Shown piece by piece: positions 18,597 through 28,052 of a stretch of 64,000 nucleotides of DNA. The notes below the pieces were generated by a model, which was not told where the DNA came from, made no database searches, and worked only from the letters and a program-made list of their open reading frames with translations. Numbering within the stretch: the stretch's first letter is position 1; each line of letters starts with the position of its first letter. The stretch lies in the sequence record PQ287644.1; one strand, given 5' to 3'. A program made the position numbers and the translations under genes.

Positions 18597-20021
18597 AAAT
18601 CGAATTGCCGTCTGTAAACTTCTCTAACTGCTGGAACCTTCTAAAGCTCATCGGGCTACAACGTCATCCGAAAGGATAAGCGTGAATGCAGACGAAAGTC
18701 AGAAAGAATCGATGAGATGACCTAAGCTTAATATCCCGTTGACATGACGTCGATGGAGTGCTAAGGGTTACTGACAATGGGGAATCAGCCTCGAAGCCTA
18801 CGAACGTGGGTGTGATCAACGACTAAGTGGTAGCAAGTGCTATCGAACGGGAAGGTCTTATTCAGGATGACATAAGGCAAGATATAGTCTCACCCGGTAC
18901 GAAAGTATCGGAAGGAATGTTATCTAGCCAATAACGTTCCCTCGATCTAACGAATCGAGTAGCCTCTCTCACAAGGGTATTCAGTGTGCGTAAAAAAATT
19001 CCATTTACTCAGGGTTTCACCGCATCTGAAAGTGGGGATATCCACGATGCGGATGGAAACCTAAGGGAACAATACACAAACGGGGATGGTTACAAAACTG
19101 CCTCAGTTTTAACTGATGACGGTAAATGGGTGACATTTGGTGTCCACCGTTTGGTGGCATTAGCATTCAAACCACCTAAAACAGACCATCTCACTTTGAC
19201 TGTCAACCACATTGACGGAGTAAGAATCAATAATCACCCCGATAATCTCGAATGGATTAGCAATCGATTAAATGTTGTGCATGGGACTTTGTTGAACCGA
19301 TACACCAATCGACCCTTGATTGTTTGTACAAAGGACGATTTGCTGTTTTGGTTGAATGACCTGTATGACGCAGCAAACCATTTCTCGTCAGACATTGATA
19401 CGGTTTGGCAGAAAATAAGAGATGGCGAGCTTCTTGATGGGTGGAAGATTGAACATGTCAAAGGCTCTGACAAACGAGTGGCTTTGATGATGGTTCAGCG
19501 CCCAGGTGAGCTTAATCGTGGATTACGTCCTGTCAAGGTTCTTGACTTGGAAACGAACGCTGTGCTTGACTTCGAATCGCTTGCTGAAACAGCTCGTTAT
19601 TTCGGAGTGAAGACAACCCACATCAGGATTCGTGTTTCGACACCGAGATATCTGAAGATTTTTAGAATGCGTTGGGTAATTATTGACGCTGAAGAAAACT
19701 TTGATTTCCTGACCCCTGAAGTGATTGAATCGTTAAAGTCCCGTGGACCCAAGTCCATTGTTTGCTACAGCACCGATACACAATCATTCGAAACCTATCC
19801 GTCGGCTCATCACTTCCTCAAAGTCACTCCGGGTTTGAGTAAGAAAGCCATTACGGTTAGGTTGAAAAAAGGCGAGCTAAAGCCTTCAAATGGATGGATT
19901 GTAAAGGTCATTGAAGACCTAGAGGAAGACAAGCGCAAGATTCTGGAGATGGCTAGATCCCTTAATCTTGTTAAGTAAACGAGAGGCGATAAAAAGCGCA
20001 GTAATGCGTAACAATGTTGTG
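18597..20021 (+). mobile_element. Group I intron (IA-like, 1425 nt) splitting the catalytic NADFDG|D motif
   Basis: 5' exon gacggU pairs with IGS gccgtc (18607-12); P3 cttctc/gggaag; P7 GACTA (18821-25)/TAGTC (18885-89); S element AAGATATAGTCT; P9 GNRA hairpins; terminal G at 20021 restores the frame. Confidence 0.93.
18986..19978 (+). CDS. Intron-encoded HNH homing endonuclease
   Basis: VHRLVALAF...VNHIDGVRINNHPDNLEW HNH motif; C-terminal repeated NUMOD1-like DNA-binding modules; located in the P9 region. Confidence 0.9.
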   Translation: MRKKIPFTQGFTASESGDIHDADGNLREQYTNGDGYKTASVLTDDGKWVTFGVHRLVALAFKPPKTDHLTLTVNHIDGVRINNHPDNLEWISNRLNVVHGTLLNRYTNRPLIVCTKDDLLFWLNDLYDAANHFSSDIDTVWQKIRDGELLDGWKIEHVKGSDKRVALMMVQRPGELNRGLRPVKVLDLETNAVLDFESLAETARYFGVKTTHIRIRVSTPRYLKIFRMRWVIIDAEENFDFLTPEVIESLKSRGPKSIVCYSTDTQSFETYPSAHHFLKVTPGLSKKAITVRLKKGELKPSNGWIVKVIEDLEEDKRKILEMARSLNLVK

Positions 20022-20201
20022 GATTCCATGTATGCCATCTTCTTGATTGACTTGGAGTCTAAAGCGAAAGCCTACGGGGGATTAGGTCATCATCAGGTAT
20101 TGGATAACAACGTTCCCTTCAAGATCAGCAAGTATGCGGGACAAACCGCTACCAACCTGATGAACTTCAATACCCTCATGCTACAGAAACCGATTGAGTA
20201 A
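20022..20201 (+). CDS. rpoC: nvRNAP beta' N-terminal subunit, exon 2
   Basis: GAT TCC ATG (DSM) completes NADFDGD in frame; the spliced product is 543 aa. Confidence 0.9.
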   Translation, partial: DSMYAIFLIDLESKAKAYGGLGHHQVLDNNVPFKISKYAGQTATNLMNFNTLMLQKPIE

Positions 20202-20210
20202 GGAGGTGAG

Positions 20211-20858
20211 GTGTCGATGCGAAGTGCTAATGCCTTCAGTCACGCGATCTCAGGTAGTTTTACCGAAGAGTCCATAGCCAAGTACGCCGACTACGTAAAC
20301 AACTCCACAGCGCTCCTACAGAACGCTGGAGGCTGGTTGGGGGAACAAGCCAAGAAGACCCTGGATTGTTTTACCAGCTTCGTAAACTCCCGCGCGTGGG
20401 AAATGGGTAAACGGCTGTTGAATAAGAACGACGGGGAGTATGTAGGGCGGTATTCCATTGGCTACCTGGGGAGTATTGAAGCCCTCCAAGGTGCTGAGGG
20501 GTATATGCGGGACTACATCATGGCCAATCCCGTCATGATGCAGCTGTACCTGGACGGTGAAATCGAAGGGTATGGTGGGGAGTTCAGCAAGTTCTGTTCA
20601 GGTGTTGGGGAGGAGAACCTCTTCTATCGCCGCAGTATGAATGGGTTGCTGAATTTGACTACCGTGGATGATAAACCACATCTACGCCATACCCATTACC
20701 ACGACAGCCTAGGTGGTAAGATCTCCTTCAGGGAACGGTGTGATGTCCAGAAGACCTGGGCAGCCATCGATCATCATCGGGCTAAATCCCTGTTCGACCT
20801 CACCAGTCCTGCCGGGAATAAGTTGAAGAGCGCTGAAGAAGAAACCACCGAGGAATAA
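20211..20858 (+). CDS. Conserved Chimalliviridae protein (position of phiKZ gp59)
   Basis: AGGAGG RBS; 215 aa; follows nvRNAP beta'. Confidence 0.7.
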   Translation: MSMRSANAFSHAISGSFTEESIAKYADYVNNSTALLQNAGGWLGEQAKKTLDCFTSFVNSRAWEMGKRLLNKNDGEYVGRYSIGYLGSIEALQGAEGYMRDYIMANPVMMQLYLDGEIEGYGGEFSKFCSGVGEENLFYRRSMNGLLNLTTVDDKPHLRHTHYHDSLGGKISFRERCDVQKTWAAIDHHRAKSLFDLTSPAGNKLKSAEEETTEE

Positions 20859-20864
20859 GGCCTC

Positions 20865-20898
20865 TAAACCAAGCAGGGAATCACCCCTGCTTGGTTTA
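20865..20898 (+). terminator. Terminator hairpin
   Basis: taaaccaagcaggg-aatcac-ccctgcttggttta. Confidence 0.75.
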
Positions 20899-20957
20899 TT
20901 ATGACCTTTTATTTTGTCTTTCTATAGAGAGCCTTCTTTCTTTAGGGAGTTAACAGT

Positions 20958-21365
20958 ATGGCGCGGTTTTGCGTAGGGACAATGGACAGTAAGTTAGGGT
21001 GGGAGACTCAGTCTCCTGATACCGCTATTTCACGTCATGTGACCTATTGGTTTACCAGTCGAGAGAACCAAGGTAAACTGATTGGAGGGGTTCCTAGTTT
21101 CTACATGATCTTTAAAGACTTCGCTCAATACCCCGATCAAATGGTGGAACAAGTCCAGGACAAATTCAAGGCGTACCTGGAGGAATTGTTCGACGAAGTC
21201 ATGGTGGGTGTAAGTCGACAAAATGTTACTGGGAGTGTCAATAATTACAGGCTCATACTGACCGCTCGTGTCGTAGTGGACAATATGAAGTATGACTTGG
21301 CGCAAACCATTCTGATCACCGGTGAACTGTACAAAGTTCTGGACTTAGAGAGACTTAAACGATGA
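20958..21365 (+). CDS. Conserved protein, possibly virion/baseplate
   Basis: GGAG RBS; 135 aa; ATGA-coupled to the next gene. Confidence 0.7.
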   Translation: MARFCVGTMDSKLGWETQSPDTAISRHVTYWFTSRENQGKLIGGVPSFYMIFKDFAQYPDQMVEQVQDKFKAYLEELFDEVMVGVSRQNVTGSVNNYRLILTARVVVDNMKYDLAQTILITGELYKVLDLERLKR

Positions 21366-22195
21366 CTGACAAACACAACGAAGACTTCCGGGGTAAAGTT
21401 CCTGATCATATCCAAGAGATGCACCTGGAGAATGACCTTGGTTGGTTGAAGGACTTGAAAGTCCACGAACTGGATGGTAAACTCCTGCTGGGTGAGCCGG
21501 GAGAAGAACTCCCCTTTAATGTGAGTCATGTGATTGAAGAGAAGGAATTCGTTCAGAAATGGTTGATTCCCTTTGCGCTGGGGAATTCCACCGGAGTGAA
21601 CTACTTCCCCTTCCAGGAATGGTGCTCCTTTACCTTTAACGGAACCCGGTCTGTATTGGTGGTTGCCCGGGATGCTGAAACCGGTAAATACGAACCGACT
21701 CTCTTGGTTCCGCCGATTATTTCCAACTCCCTGACCGCGGATGACCGGTACAAGCTCCGGATGGCCTCGCTGGCTATTTACAATATCAGTGAAGACAACC
21801 GCCAGAAAGAGAACCTGAACGCCAGCTTGAAGGTTGCGAATGCCTTGGCGGATAGCAAAATAGGTCTGGAAGCTAAACCCACGACCTTGACGGATTTGAT
21901 TACTCCGGCCTTCTTTGAGAAGTTCTCGGTCGTTCCGGAAGTGGAACGGAAGGTTTACTGGATACGGGATGTTATCCGGAAAGGAACTGAAACCAATCCC
22001 GACGACCTGACTCGCGCCCGGGAGTTGTTCTTTAAAGAACACAAAGGTGAGACCCTGACTCAGGAAGAGTTGAAATTCCTGAACCAACTGAGTTTAGGGG
22101 ATTATGAAATTGAAGACCGTCTGGCTGACGCACCGAGTGAACAGGCGGATAACGAATCGCCGGACGATCCCGACTTCGATCCGTTGGCGTGTTAA
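21362..22195 (+). CDS. Hypothetical protein
   Basis: 277-aa ORF with an acidic C-terminus. Confidence 0.75.
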   Translation: MTDKHNEDFRGKVPDHIQEMHLENDLGWLKDLKVHELDGKLLLGEPGEELPFNVSHVIEEKEFVQKWLIPFALGNSTGVNYFPFQEWCSFTFNGTRSVLVVARDAETGKYEPTLLVPPIISNSLTADDRYKLRMASLAIYNISEDNRQKENLNASLKVANALADSKIGLEAKPTTLTDLITPAFFEKFSVVPEVERKVYWIRDVIRKGTETNPDDLTRARELFFKEHKGETLTQEELKFLNQLSLGDYEIEDRLADAPSEQADNESPDDPDFDPLAC

Positions 22196-22217
22196 GGTAG
22201 TAAGGGGTAGACTATTC

Positions 22218-23333
22218 ATGCGGATTCTTTGGACTTCCGACCACCATACGCTGCACCAGACAACCCCCACTACTCATGTACTGGGGAATATGTCGACGTT
22301 TTACTTTAAAGATCACGATCTGAACAACATCGATTTGTCGATCTTTGGTGGGGACCTCACAGAACGCATGGTAGAGGCCCCTAACCCTGATTTCATTAAA
22401 CTTAAGGAATGGGCCAAGGTTTACCTGAACGCGTGTGACAAGACCCATACAGCCGCTTTAGTACTGGAAGGGACCCACTCCCACGACAGGGGTCAGCCTA
22501 AACACTTGGAGACGCTGGCTCCCGAGGGAATGGATTTCCGGTATGTGGATACCTTGTCCATTCAGTATTACCCCCAATTCAACAATCTCAGTATTCTCTG
22601 TGTTCCTGACAACATGGGAACCCTGACACCTGATGAGATTTGGGATAAGACCGTAGCGTTGCTCAATGAGCACAAACTGAAGCAAGTGGACTTGATTGTG
22701 TTTCATGGTGCGTGGGAGCATCAATTGCCGGTGCAAGTACGACACAAGGCTCACCAGTTAGCCCGATGGGAAACCATTGTTAAGTACTTCATTCTGTCGG
22801 GTCATATTCACGTCCCCTCTGAAGTGGGTAAGATGCGGTGTTCGGGTTCCTTTGACCGTACAGCCCACGGGGAAGAACACCCGAAAGGGGGGTATTTGGT
22901 TGAGCTTGACCTGGAGAAGGAAACCGCTACTTCAACCTTCCAGGAAAATAAGAACGCCCTCCCGTATTTAACCCTGAAAGTCAAGGAAGACATTACGACC
23001 GAGCAATTGGTCTTGGACCTTCAGCAGTTCATCCGCCGGAAGAAACTCCCGTACCACAGCCAAATCCGGGTCATGGGCGGTGCAGCGGATATCGTTAAAC
23101 CGGTTATACGTATCTTTGAGAAAGAATTCCCCTACTTTGGCTTTAAAGCGGAGAATGCGAAAGCCAAAGAACAGCATGTCCAAGACGACCTGTTCAATAA
23201 CCAAACGTACGACTACCCTCAGTTAACGAAAAAGAACTTGGCATCAGCCCTGTTACCTGAATGTCAAGGTGTCTTCGAGAAGGAAGGGATCTCTGATGAA
23301 GAAGCCTTGAAAGTCCTGGAGGAATTCCTATGA
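22218..23333 (+). CDS. SbcD/Mre11-like metallophosphoesterase nuclease
   Basis: WTSDHH, GGDL, EGTHSHD, FHG and SGHIH calcineurin-like motifs; start MRILW at 22218. Confidence 0.85.
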   Translation: MRILWTSDHHTLHQTTPTTHVLGNMSTFYFKDHDLNNIDLSIFGGDLTERMVEAPNPDFIKLKEWAKVYLNACDKTHTAALVLEGTHSHDRGQPKHLETLAPEGMDFRYVDTLSIQYYPQFNNLSILCVPDNMGTLTPDEIWDKTVALLNEHKLKQVDLIVFHGAWEHQLPVQVRHKAHQLARWETIVKYFILSGHIHVPSEVGKMRCSGSFDRTAHGEEHPKGGYLVELDLEKETATSTFQENKNALPYLTLKVKEDITTEQLVLDLQQFIRRKKLPYHSQIRVMGGAADIVKPVIRIFEKEFPYFGFKAENAKAKEQHVQDDLFNNQTYDYPQLTKKNLASALLPECQGVFEKEGISDEEALKVLEEFL

Positions 23334-24127
23334 GAAGTACAGGTGCTTTGGGAATGTCCGTAGGGACATCGTTGGCGTTTGAGAGTGATGCGGCTTCTCT
23401 AATACGTAATTCGGATACCATCCTGCTGAACCTTATGACGCTAATACGGAATGCGTATGACGCGTATGAGACCAAAGAGGAAAAGGATCAACTGACATCA
23501 GATCAACTGGTAGAGGCGGTTACCGGTGATCTGAAGGTCCTGGCGAAATGGATGGAAGAGACGCGTAAAAGTAAACCGGTTGAACTGGTGGTGTATTATC
23601 CCACCTATACGGGTCTTAAGACCCGTTTCCGTCATGCGGATCTCAAACTCCCTACGACGAAGAATCAAATCCGGTACGATACCCTCTCGAAAGAGACAGC
23701 AAAGAAGCTGTATACGAAATACGAGAAACTGTTGTCTAAGACAGACATCGGTATGCCTGAATTCAAAGGGCGGGGTATTGTATTGACGCACCACGTGGTG
23801 GACCTCGCGGTATCGAACAGTGTTGGACGTTTAATACTGTTGGAGTCGTATACGGGTAAAACCAAACCCTTTACCCAGTGGTACACCAAACTGACGGGAG
23901 GGGAGGATCTGTTTTACATGCCGTTTAACCGGTTTACCATCCAGATCTTTGGTGACCGTTCAACCAATTTCATGTCGTCCTCAACAGGGATTAAGGAGCT
24001 GGTGAAGAAACTGGCGCTGGATAATAAGTGGACATCCGCCACAACACTGGGACGAATCAGAAGTCATATCAACAACCTGCCACAAGGGGTAGATCGAGCC
24101 GGTCTACAACTGATGCTGAACGGTTAG
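23330..24127 (+). CDS. Conserved protein, possible 5'-exonuclease/RNase H-like (position of phiKZ gp66)
   Basis: 265 aa, ATGA-coupled; function inferred from synteny only. Confidence 0.55.
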   Translation: MRSTGALGMSVGTSLAFESDAASLIRNSDTILLNLMTLIRNAYDAYETKEEKDQLTSDQLVEAVTGDLKVLAKWMEETRKSKPVELVVYYPTYTGLKTRFRHADLKLPTTKNQIRYDTLSKETAKKLYTKYEKLLSKTDIGMPEFKGRGIVLTHHVVDLAVSNSVGRLILLESYTGKTKPFTQWYTKLTGGEDLFYMPFNRFTIQIFGDRSTNFMSSSTGIKELVKKLALDNKWTSATTLGRIRSHINNLPQGVDRAGLQLMLNG

Positions 24128-24196
24128 TCTCCCATCTATTCTCACTGAAGATTCTATCTTTATTGGTTAGGAATTTCGAATTTAAGGTAACCTCTC

Positions 24197-24895
24197 ATGA
24201 GTGACAATCAACATCGCAAGTTTACCCCCCGTAAGAAAACCCTCCTGAATGACTGGAAACAGCCTCATCCAACGACCTTGGAACCTTTGCCGGGAGCAAA
24301 GTACCCGGCGCAGGGGATGTTCGAGTGCAAGAACAGTGGGGCGTTTCCCATTGTCTTCAAGATCAACGACGGCATCTTTGAGAAAGGTTCCAACAGTAAC
24401 CACAAAGAAGTCGAACTGAACTATTCGGATCGGGGTGCGCTCTTCGAAGCGATTATTGAGGCCTCGAATGATGCGAACTTTGGGTTCCGTCAGATCCCGA
24501 TTTCGAAGAAGCAGATGATCTTCTCGGGTGGGAGCGCGCGTCAATCGGAGAACCCGATTGTTCAAGCGACCTTTACCATCATCCGGGATAAGAACGGTGT
24601 GATCCACCTGGGGTATACCAAAGGGGATTACAAAGTTCCGTTGGTATTCCGGGGTTCCAACTTCACGACGGTATACGTCAAGAATGAAGCCGGTGAACGC
24701 GTTGAAGACCAGGGCCTGATGTCCCGTTGGGCAGCCCGGGCCTGGGTGCGTTTCCACCAGGATCTCCTGAATGAGATCGAGCAGGCGGCTTGGGAACCCC
24801 CGAAACCGCGTGACGGTGGGGCGAACAACAACCGGCAGCCTTCCAATGACTCCGGTTCGGCCACCCACGATGACTTCGATGACGTGGAATTCTAA
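24197..24895 (+). CDS. chmC: ChmC-like nucleic-acid-binding protein (position of phiKZ gp67)
   Basis: 232 aa; beta-rich with an SSB-like acidic tail HDDFDDVEF; two genes upstream of the PicA position. Confidence 0.6.
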   Translation: MSDNQHRKFTPRKKTLLNDWKQPHPTTLEPLPGAKYPAQGMFECKNSGAFPIVFKINDGIFEKGSNSNHKEVELNYSDRGALFEAIIEASNDANFGFRQIPISKKQMIFSGGSARQSENPIVQATFTIIRDKNGVIHLGYTKGDYKVPLVFRGSNFTTVYVKNEAGERVEDQGLMSRWAARAWVRFHQDLLNEIEQAAWEPPKPRDGGANNNRQPSNDSGSATHDDFDDVEF

Positions 24896-24908
24896 TTAGA
24901 CCAAAAAA

Positions 24909-24935
24909 GGGTAGGAGGGGTTGCCCCTCCTACCC
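24909..24935 (+). terminator. Terminator hairpin
   Basis: gggtaggagggg-ttg-cccctcctaccc. Confidence 0.7.
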
Positions 24936-24958
24936 GGTCTATTCGTTTGGTTAGAATA

Positions 24959-24976
24959 TTTTAAACCTACATTATC
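24959..24976 (+). promoter_or_regulatory. Candidate early promoter
   Basis: ttttaaacctacattatc. Confidence 0.7.
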
Positions 24977-25013
24977 TTCCCGTAATCCTGGACTATTCTG
25001 TTTGGAGTGAACC

Positions 25014-26567
25014 ATGTTTAACATCGAAGTTAAGCGGAAATCCAAGAAGACGATTAAAGCCATCATTGTTTCGCTGAATGAGAAGAGCCTCCGCTTTAAC
25101 GGTGATGCAACAATCAAACTTGAACGGGTGATTAAAGAAAAGGATGCGAGTGATCCTAATCTCTTCAGTTGTTTCAACGAGTATGTAGAAAATATCTTCG
25201 ATACGGATAAGAAGATTGAACTCTTTAAGTTGTATGAAAAGGCGTATCAGATTGCTGAAAGTCCCACGTATAAGGACTACCGGGTTGAAATCGCTGAAAT
25301 TAAACCGATTATCAATGCTATTCTAAACCTCATTGATATTCCCAAGTACTGTAGTTTCATCCAGTATTCCGAACACATGGTCGTTCCTCCTGACCTGAGC
25401 GTTGCTTCTAGTAAAGGGGATTACCCGGAGCAAACGACCATTACGGATTACGACTATAAAGAGTTGGTTAAGCTGACCTTTGTGATCCGTTCGGTTTATC
25501 CGATCATCTTCTCGTTAATTGCTCGCTTCGATGCGGCAATGGGAACAGGGTACAGTGAGCAGGTGTGTGGGAGTCTGATTAAAGATAACGCCCACATCGT
25601 TAACCTGTATGGATGGAAGAAGCTTCAGACCTATGTGAACTTTGCCTTTGGTAAACGAGGTATACCCCAGCAAGCAGACAGCATTGGGAGTGTAGAGTAT
25701 TTCGTGGAGCGGGTGCTGTATGATACCCTCTTCTCCCGGCTGTGCTGCGCGGTGATCCCTGAGACCGAAGAAGGGAAGCACCTCGCCACCGCCATTAACG
25801 CTTCGGTACGCCATCATGGATCGATTGGGGGTGGGTTTAAAGCCAAGGATGCCCGGGAAGGTGAGGATGATAAGCGGTCCCTGTTGGAACGGTATCATAT
25901 CAACGAAGAGATCAAGGCGGCAAATGAAACCGTAGACGCTGAGTATTTCAGTTTAGGGTTGTTTGACGAGAATGACAATGAACGGTACGTGGATCGGTTC
26001 AAGATCCCGTGTCTGGGCCTAGGTATAAAGAATCCCCAGCTGGTGGAACAGGTCTACGACAACATGCCCCCGAACTGGGACATCACGTTGGACAATCATG
26101 TCATTACGTTGCTTCAACTGACGTTCGTCGATGCGATCTCTCCTATGATCTTCTGGAGTTGTGACGGGCATCAACTGCGGGCAGCCATTGCCTTGGCTCA
26201 GGTCCGTTTGAGCGAACAAGGGTATCATTACCTTCCGTCGGTACTGGGAGCGAGTAATAATCCCGGAGGCATGCGATCCCTTTCGGATGGTTTGCGGTTG
26301 AACACCGAAGATAAAGAATTCCTGGTCAGTATTTGTGACATCCAAAGTCGTAATGACGAAGGACGGTCCTTTAATGAAGCCGTGGAGGTCGCAACGGAGT
26401 TCTTGGAAACCTTTGGGAATGGGCAATGGAAATCGAACCTGGAATATGGGGTATTGGATGATCCTGAAGTCTATCAACGGGTAGAACGCGCTGCGTTGTT
26501 CGACCTGGAGATTGATTTGGAAATCAAGAATGAGTTCATGCGGTTAGTTAGACAAGTCAGTACCTGA
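25014..26567 (+). CDS. nvRNAP promoter-specificity subunit (phiKZ gp68-like)
   Basis: 517 aa; size and position match gp68; GGAG RBS; no diagnostic motif recognised. Confidence 0.65.
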   Translation: MFNIEVKRKSKKTIKAIIVSLNEKSLRFNGDATIKLERVIKEKDASDPNLFSCFNEYVENIFDTDKKIELFKLYEKAYQIAESPTYKDYRVEIAEIKPIINAILNLIDIPKYCSFIQYSEHMVVPPDLSVASSKGDYPEQTTITDYDYKELVKLTFVIRSVYPIIFSLIARFDAAMGTGYSEQVCGSLIKDNAHIVNLYGWKKLQTYVNFAFGKRGIPQQADSIGSVEYFVERVLYDTLFSRLCCAVIPETEEGKHLATAINASVRHHGSIGGGFKAKDAREGEDDKRSLLERYHINEEIKAANETVDAEYFSLGLFDENDNERYVDRFKIPCLGLGIKNPQLVEQVYDNMPPNWDITLDNHVITLLQLTFVDAISPMIFWSCDGHQLRAAIALAQVRLSEQGYHYLPSVLGASNNPGGMRSLSDGLRLNTEDKEFLVSICDIQSRNDEGRSFNEAVEVATEFLETFGNGQWKSNLEYGVLDDPEVYQRVERAALFDLEIDLEIKNEFMRLVRQVST

Positions 26568-26601
26568 AAGTATCATCCGTAACTAGACAGAGGAAACAAA
26601 C

Positions 26602-28038
26602 ATGTCCGAAATGTTGGTGACATTGACCCGAGCCATCTTTGGTATGGGGAATAGCAACCACGATCACGTTCATCGTCATAACCAACTCAACCTGGACAGC
26701 ACTGAGGTGGATGACCTCATCATGGAACAGGTCAATGGAGGTGTCACCGCAGGTACCCTGAACCGCATTGCTGCCTCCAGCGGTAACCTGTCCCAGCGTC
26801 CTCAAGGCTACGTCTCCGTCGAAGAAGGCTTCGGTGTACGGCGGGGGATTGGACAACTCACGTTCGTTATTGAAAGCAATTCGAACTTCCATTCTGAAAT
26901 GTGTGTGGTGGGGTATCTCTTTGGAGGCACTGCGTCGGAACAAGGTATCTCGGATGACACCATGTTCGTTCCGGTACGGACTTGGTCAACCTTGACGACC
27001 AATACCCACGACAGTCAAGGCTTCCCGATGACCAAGCGGATGATCGACAGTTCCCATCAGTTCCTCATGGGATCGGTGGATCAGAACAAAGACCTGAAAG
27101 CCGTACGTCCGTTGGATGTTGGGAATGAAGCCTTGGGGTTTGCCGCCAGTGAAGAAGATGGTTCTGAGATGATGTATGCCGGGACGGTGGGGAGCGACCT
27201 CAAGAACAACACCTTGATGTCGAAGACCCTCAACCTCAATCCCACACATTATTCCCGGGAGTTGCTTAAACTGGCGACCAATGCAGGGTTCCACTCCTCC
27301 AATGGCAGTTCGTTGGAAGTGGAACTGTCCAATGGATTGATCGGGGAATCGATTGGAGAGCTTTCTCCGCTCGAAAACCCTTTCATGCGGGCGATGATGC
27401 AATCCACCGGTCAGTACATGCTGGGTGGTTTCCAGGGGTTCAGTATTGGGGAAATCTATCAGGTTTTCGATAACCTGTTGGATGTCATGAACCTCAACCT
27501 GTTGAACCCCAGTTCCTTTGCGGAAGACAACACTCTGCTCACCAGCAGTGAATATGGCTCTGCGGGTAACCATGAGGTAATCGCTACGGAACTGGCGATG
27601 ATGTCGGTTCACCTGATGTTGCAGTGCGGTCTCTCCAGCCTACGGTTCTCCGCCACCAATAACCTCATGGAATACAGCACGATCATGGATGATGGTGTGG
27701 GTGTCGCTTTCGTCATCGGTGAAGCCATGTCCATGTTGGACAATGACATGTTCGTGGAAAACCGGGTGGAGGACTTCAAGCGTCTGATTGCTCAGCACTT
27801 CTTCTCGAAATACTCGGGTCCTCATGTTCATTTGAGAACCTTGATGAATATTGAGGTGGAGTGTTACATGTTTGGTGAGATCGTTATTACGATTTCGTTC
27901 AATGGGGAAGCCAACGAGAAAACCTTCACCAACGCCACCTACTACATTAATCATACCAGCAGCAGCATTGCCGGTAATGAAAACGGCCTGTTGGAAGCCA
28001 AGAACTTCCTGACCGGTATTCGTGAATACTTCAGCTAA
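26602..28038 (+). CDS. picA: PicA/Imp1-like nuclear import factor (position of phiKZ gp69)
   Basis: 478 aa directly after the gp68-like gene; assignment by synteny. Confidence 0.6.
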   Translation: MSEMLVTLTRAIFGMGNSNHDHVHRHNQLNLDSTEVDDLIMEQVNGGVTAGTLNRIAASSGNLSQRPQGYVSVEEGFGVRRGIGQLTFVIESNSNFHSEMCVVGYLFGGTASEQGISDDTMFVPVRTWSTLTTNTHDSQGFPMTKRMIDSSHQFLMGSVDQNKDLKAVRPLDVGNEALGFAASEEDGSEMMYAGTVGSDLKNNTLMSKTLNLNPTHYSRELLKLATNAGFHSSNGSSLEVELSNGLIGESIGELSPLENPFMRAMMQSTGQYMLGGFQGFSIGEIYQVFDNLLDVMNLNLLNPSSFAEDNTLLTSSEYGSAGNHEVIATELAMMSVHLMLQCGLSSLRFSATNNLMEYSTIMDDGVGVAFVIGEAMSMLDNDMFVENRVEDFKRLIAQHFFSKYSGPHVHLRTLMNIEVECYMFGEIVITISFNGEANEKTFTNATYYINHTSSSIAGNENGLLEAKNFLTGIREYFS

Positions 28039-28052
28039 GAGGATAACCGCTC

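Noticed and set aside
18597-18617. Apparent truncation or pseudogene of beta' ending NADFDGKSNCRL
   Set aside because: Explained by the group I intron; splicing restores NADFDGD.
19968-20021. Apparent 77-aa stand-alone gene starting at 19968
   Set aside because: The first 18 codons are intron 3' sequence; the coding part is exon 2 of beta' from 20022.
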